This document shows positions 62,505 to 64,000 of a DNA stretch of 64,000 nucleotides, piece after piece. The DNA lies in contig JAZAMN010000064.1 of assembly GCA_036229005.1 (NCBI GenBank), forward strand, positions 32,001 to 96,000, given 5' to 3'. The stretch is from Myxococcota bacterium (GTDB taxonomy: Bacteria > Myxococcota_A > UBA796 > CAJQPC01). A program made the translations under genes and the position numbers. The notes under the pieces were generated by a model. The model ran no database searches. It was not told the origin of the DNA and was given only the letters and a program-made list of their open reading frames with translations. The stretch's first letter is position 1; every line of letters begins with the position of its first letter.

Positions 62505-64000
62505 TCGCGCTCTTGATGGGCCTGGTGGGCGCAGCCCAGGCCGAAGAGGGGCTGTGTCTGGGCGACGAGGTCCGGGTGGTGGCGGACTACGCGTGGCCCG
62601 CTGCGGTGGGGCAGGGGTACTTCCCGATGGCCCTGCAGGTGGAGAACCTGGCGGACCGGGATCTGGAGCTGGAGCTGAGCTTCCAGTCCACCAACAACAA
62701 CGGCATCGAGGTGGAGCGCAGCCTCAGCCTGCCCCGGGGGCGAACCGAGTCCTTTGAGCAGGCGCTCCCGGCCTTCAGCCAGCACGGCGCCGCCTACTCC
62801 CTGAACGTGCGCGCCGAAGGGGAGAGCCTCTGCTACATGTCGCCTCTGGGCAGCTACCAGGGCGTGTCGGGGGATAGCTGGCTGATCTTCCGGGACGCGC
62901 CGCAGACGCCGGGGGAGCAGCAGGTCCTGGAGTCCGGGCTGGGGCTGGCGGACGACCACATGGCCATCGCCTCGCCCCAGGATCTGGCGAAGAGCTGGGT
63001 GGCCTACACCAGCGTCGACGTGGTGATGCTCGCGCTGGACGGGGAGCCGCCCAGTGAGGCCCAGCTCGATCCGCTGCTGCAGTGGGTGCGCATGGGGGGC
63101 TTCCTCAACATCCGGGGGGAGGGGGCCACGGCGCTGTCCCAGCAGAACCCCGAGCTCTCGCGCTGGGTGCAGCCGCGCCACGCGCTCCGGGCCAGCGTGG
63201 AGCGGGGCTACGTGCGGGGGCTGGACGGCTACAGCCTGGGCCTGGGGGTGGTCGTCGTGCAGGAGGAGCCCTTCACGGGCCCGGACAAGCTCCTGGACTC
63301 GGCGCGCCTGGTCTCGGACACCGTCCCCCTGCGGCGCTGGGTGAACCCGCCCAACTACGGACCGCCGCCCGCCTACCCGCAGATCCCCGGGGTGGGGAGC
63401 ATCCCCGGCGGCGCCTTCGCGCTGCTGCTCTTTGGCGTCGGCATGCTGCTGGGGCCGGTCAACCGGCTGATCCTGCGCAAGCGCCGGCCGGCGATGCGGC
63501 TGCTGTCCACGCCCCTGCTGGCTGGCCTCTCCTCGCTCGGGTTGGTGGGCTACGGGATCGCGTCCACGGGGCTGGGCGCGCAGAGCGCCAGCTACAGCGT
63601 CTCTCTGCTGGACCAGGAGGCGGCCCGGGTCTCGGTGCTGGAGGCCCGGCAGATCTACCTGGGCACCGCGATCGCGGGCGGCCTGCGCCCCGGGGCGGAC
63701 ACCTGGGACTTCCCGCTGGAGATGGACTGGGACAGCCGCTTCAAGGTGGAGCTGGATGCCGAGGGCCGGCTGGTCTCCGGTGACCTGCTCTCCAGCCGCG
63801 TGGCGACCACCTCTCTGCACCTGGGGGAGCGCAGCTCGCGCCTGGGGCTGGCCTGGGATGGGCAGCGGGTCCAGAACAACCTGGACGCCGAGCTGACCGG
63901 CCTCGTGCTCATGGACCACCAGGGCAGGACCTGGGTCCTGGACGGCGTGCTCGCCCCTGGGCAAGGCGCCGAGCTGACCCTGGTCGAGGACACCGAGCGC
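62501..64000 (+). CDS. Secreted/membrane protein of the MoxR operon (3'-truncated, absent from the ORF track)
   Basis: GTGA overlap with the moxR stop; reads MIALLMGLVGAAQAEE...GYFPMALQVEN...LAKSWVAYTSVDVVML...WVRMGG followed by TM segments; open to the window end. Confidence 0.75.
   Translation, partial: MIALLMGLVGAAQAEEGLCLGDEVRVVADYAWPAAVGQGYFPMALQVENLADRDLELELSFQSTNNNGIEVERSLSLPRGRTESFEQALPAFSQHGAAYSLNVRAEGESLCYMSPLGSYQGVSGDSWLIFRDAPQTPGEQQVLESGLGLADDHMAIASPQDLAKSWVAYTSVDVVMLALDGEPPSEAQLDPLLQWVRMGGFLNIRGEGATALSQQNPELSRWVQPRHALRASVERGYVRGLDGYSLGLGVVVVQEEPFTGPDKLLDSARLVSDTVPLRRWVNPPNYGPPPAYPQIPGVGSIPGGAFALLLFGVGMLLGPVNRLILRKRRPAMRLLSTPLLAGLSSLGLVGYGIASTGLGAQSASYSVSLLDQEAARVSVLEARQIYLGTAIAGGLRPGADTWDFPLEMDWDSRFKVELDAEGRLVSGDLLSSRVATTSLHLGERSSRLGLAWDGQRVQNNLDAELTGLVLMDHQGRTWVLDGVLAPGQGAELTLVEDTER

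Noticed and set aside
1..64000. tRNA, rRNA and intrinsic terminators
   Set aside because: No cloverleaf, rRNA-like segment or convincing hairpin plus U-tract was seen by eye; tRNAscan-SE and Infernal would be needed to exclude them.

Overview
GC-rich bacterial chromosomal segment. The Ser/Thr kinases, FHA and PEGA proteins, ECF sigma factor and many acidic lipoproteins suggest Myxococcota (inference). No rRNA, tRNA or CRISPR array was seen. The main feature is a ~21-kb defence island (8245-29305) bounded by an exact 17-bp direct repeat (GCACCCGCCGGGGTGAG at 8228-8244 and 29306-29322), with no integrase inside it. The island's + strand operon is translationally coupled: small YkvA/DUF1232-like protein, SNF2 helicase, 1524-aa N6-adenine methyltransferase, 2127-aa DEAH-type helicase with DUF1998 and Vsr-like nuclease, DUF4145/RelE-like/UvrD helicase, and a PD-(D/E)XK nuclease. 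Divergently it carries a second PD-(D/E)XK nuclease and a GmrSD-like (DUF262 + HNH) protein fused to an intact-looking Ser/Thr kinase. It resembles DISARM class I and Druantia but matches neither canonical layout. Outside the island: a ~1-kb nested inverted-repeat array at 521-1496, an orphan Dam-family methylase, a DksA/TraR protein, a hybrid sensor kinase, a BatA/vWA pair, an FHA/kinase pair, an ECF sigma/anti-sigma pair, lipid-modifying genes, a K+/osmotic operon (CPA2, trkA, trkH, giant CPA2-ATPase-like fusion, MscS) and the start of a MoxR operon. Two window-wide signals stand out: apparent leaderless promoters (TANNNT, 6 nt, start codon) and ultra-short uncharged signal peptides. All product calls come from motifs read by eye; no database search was run.
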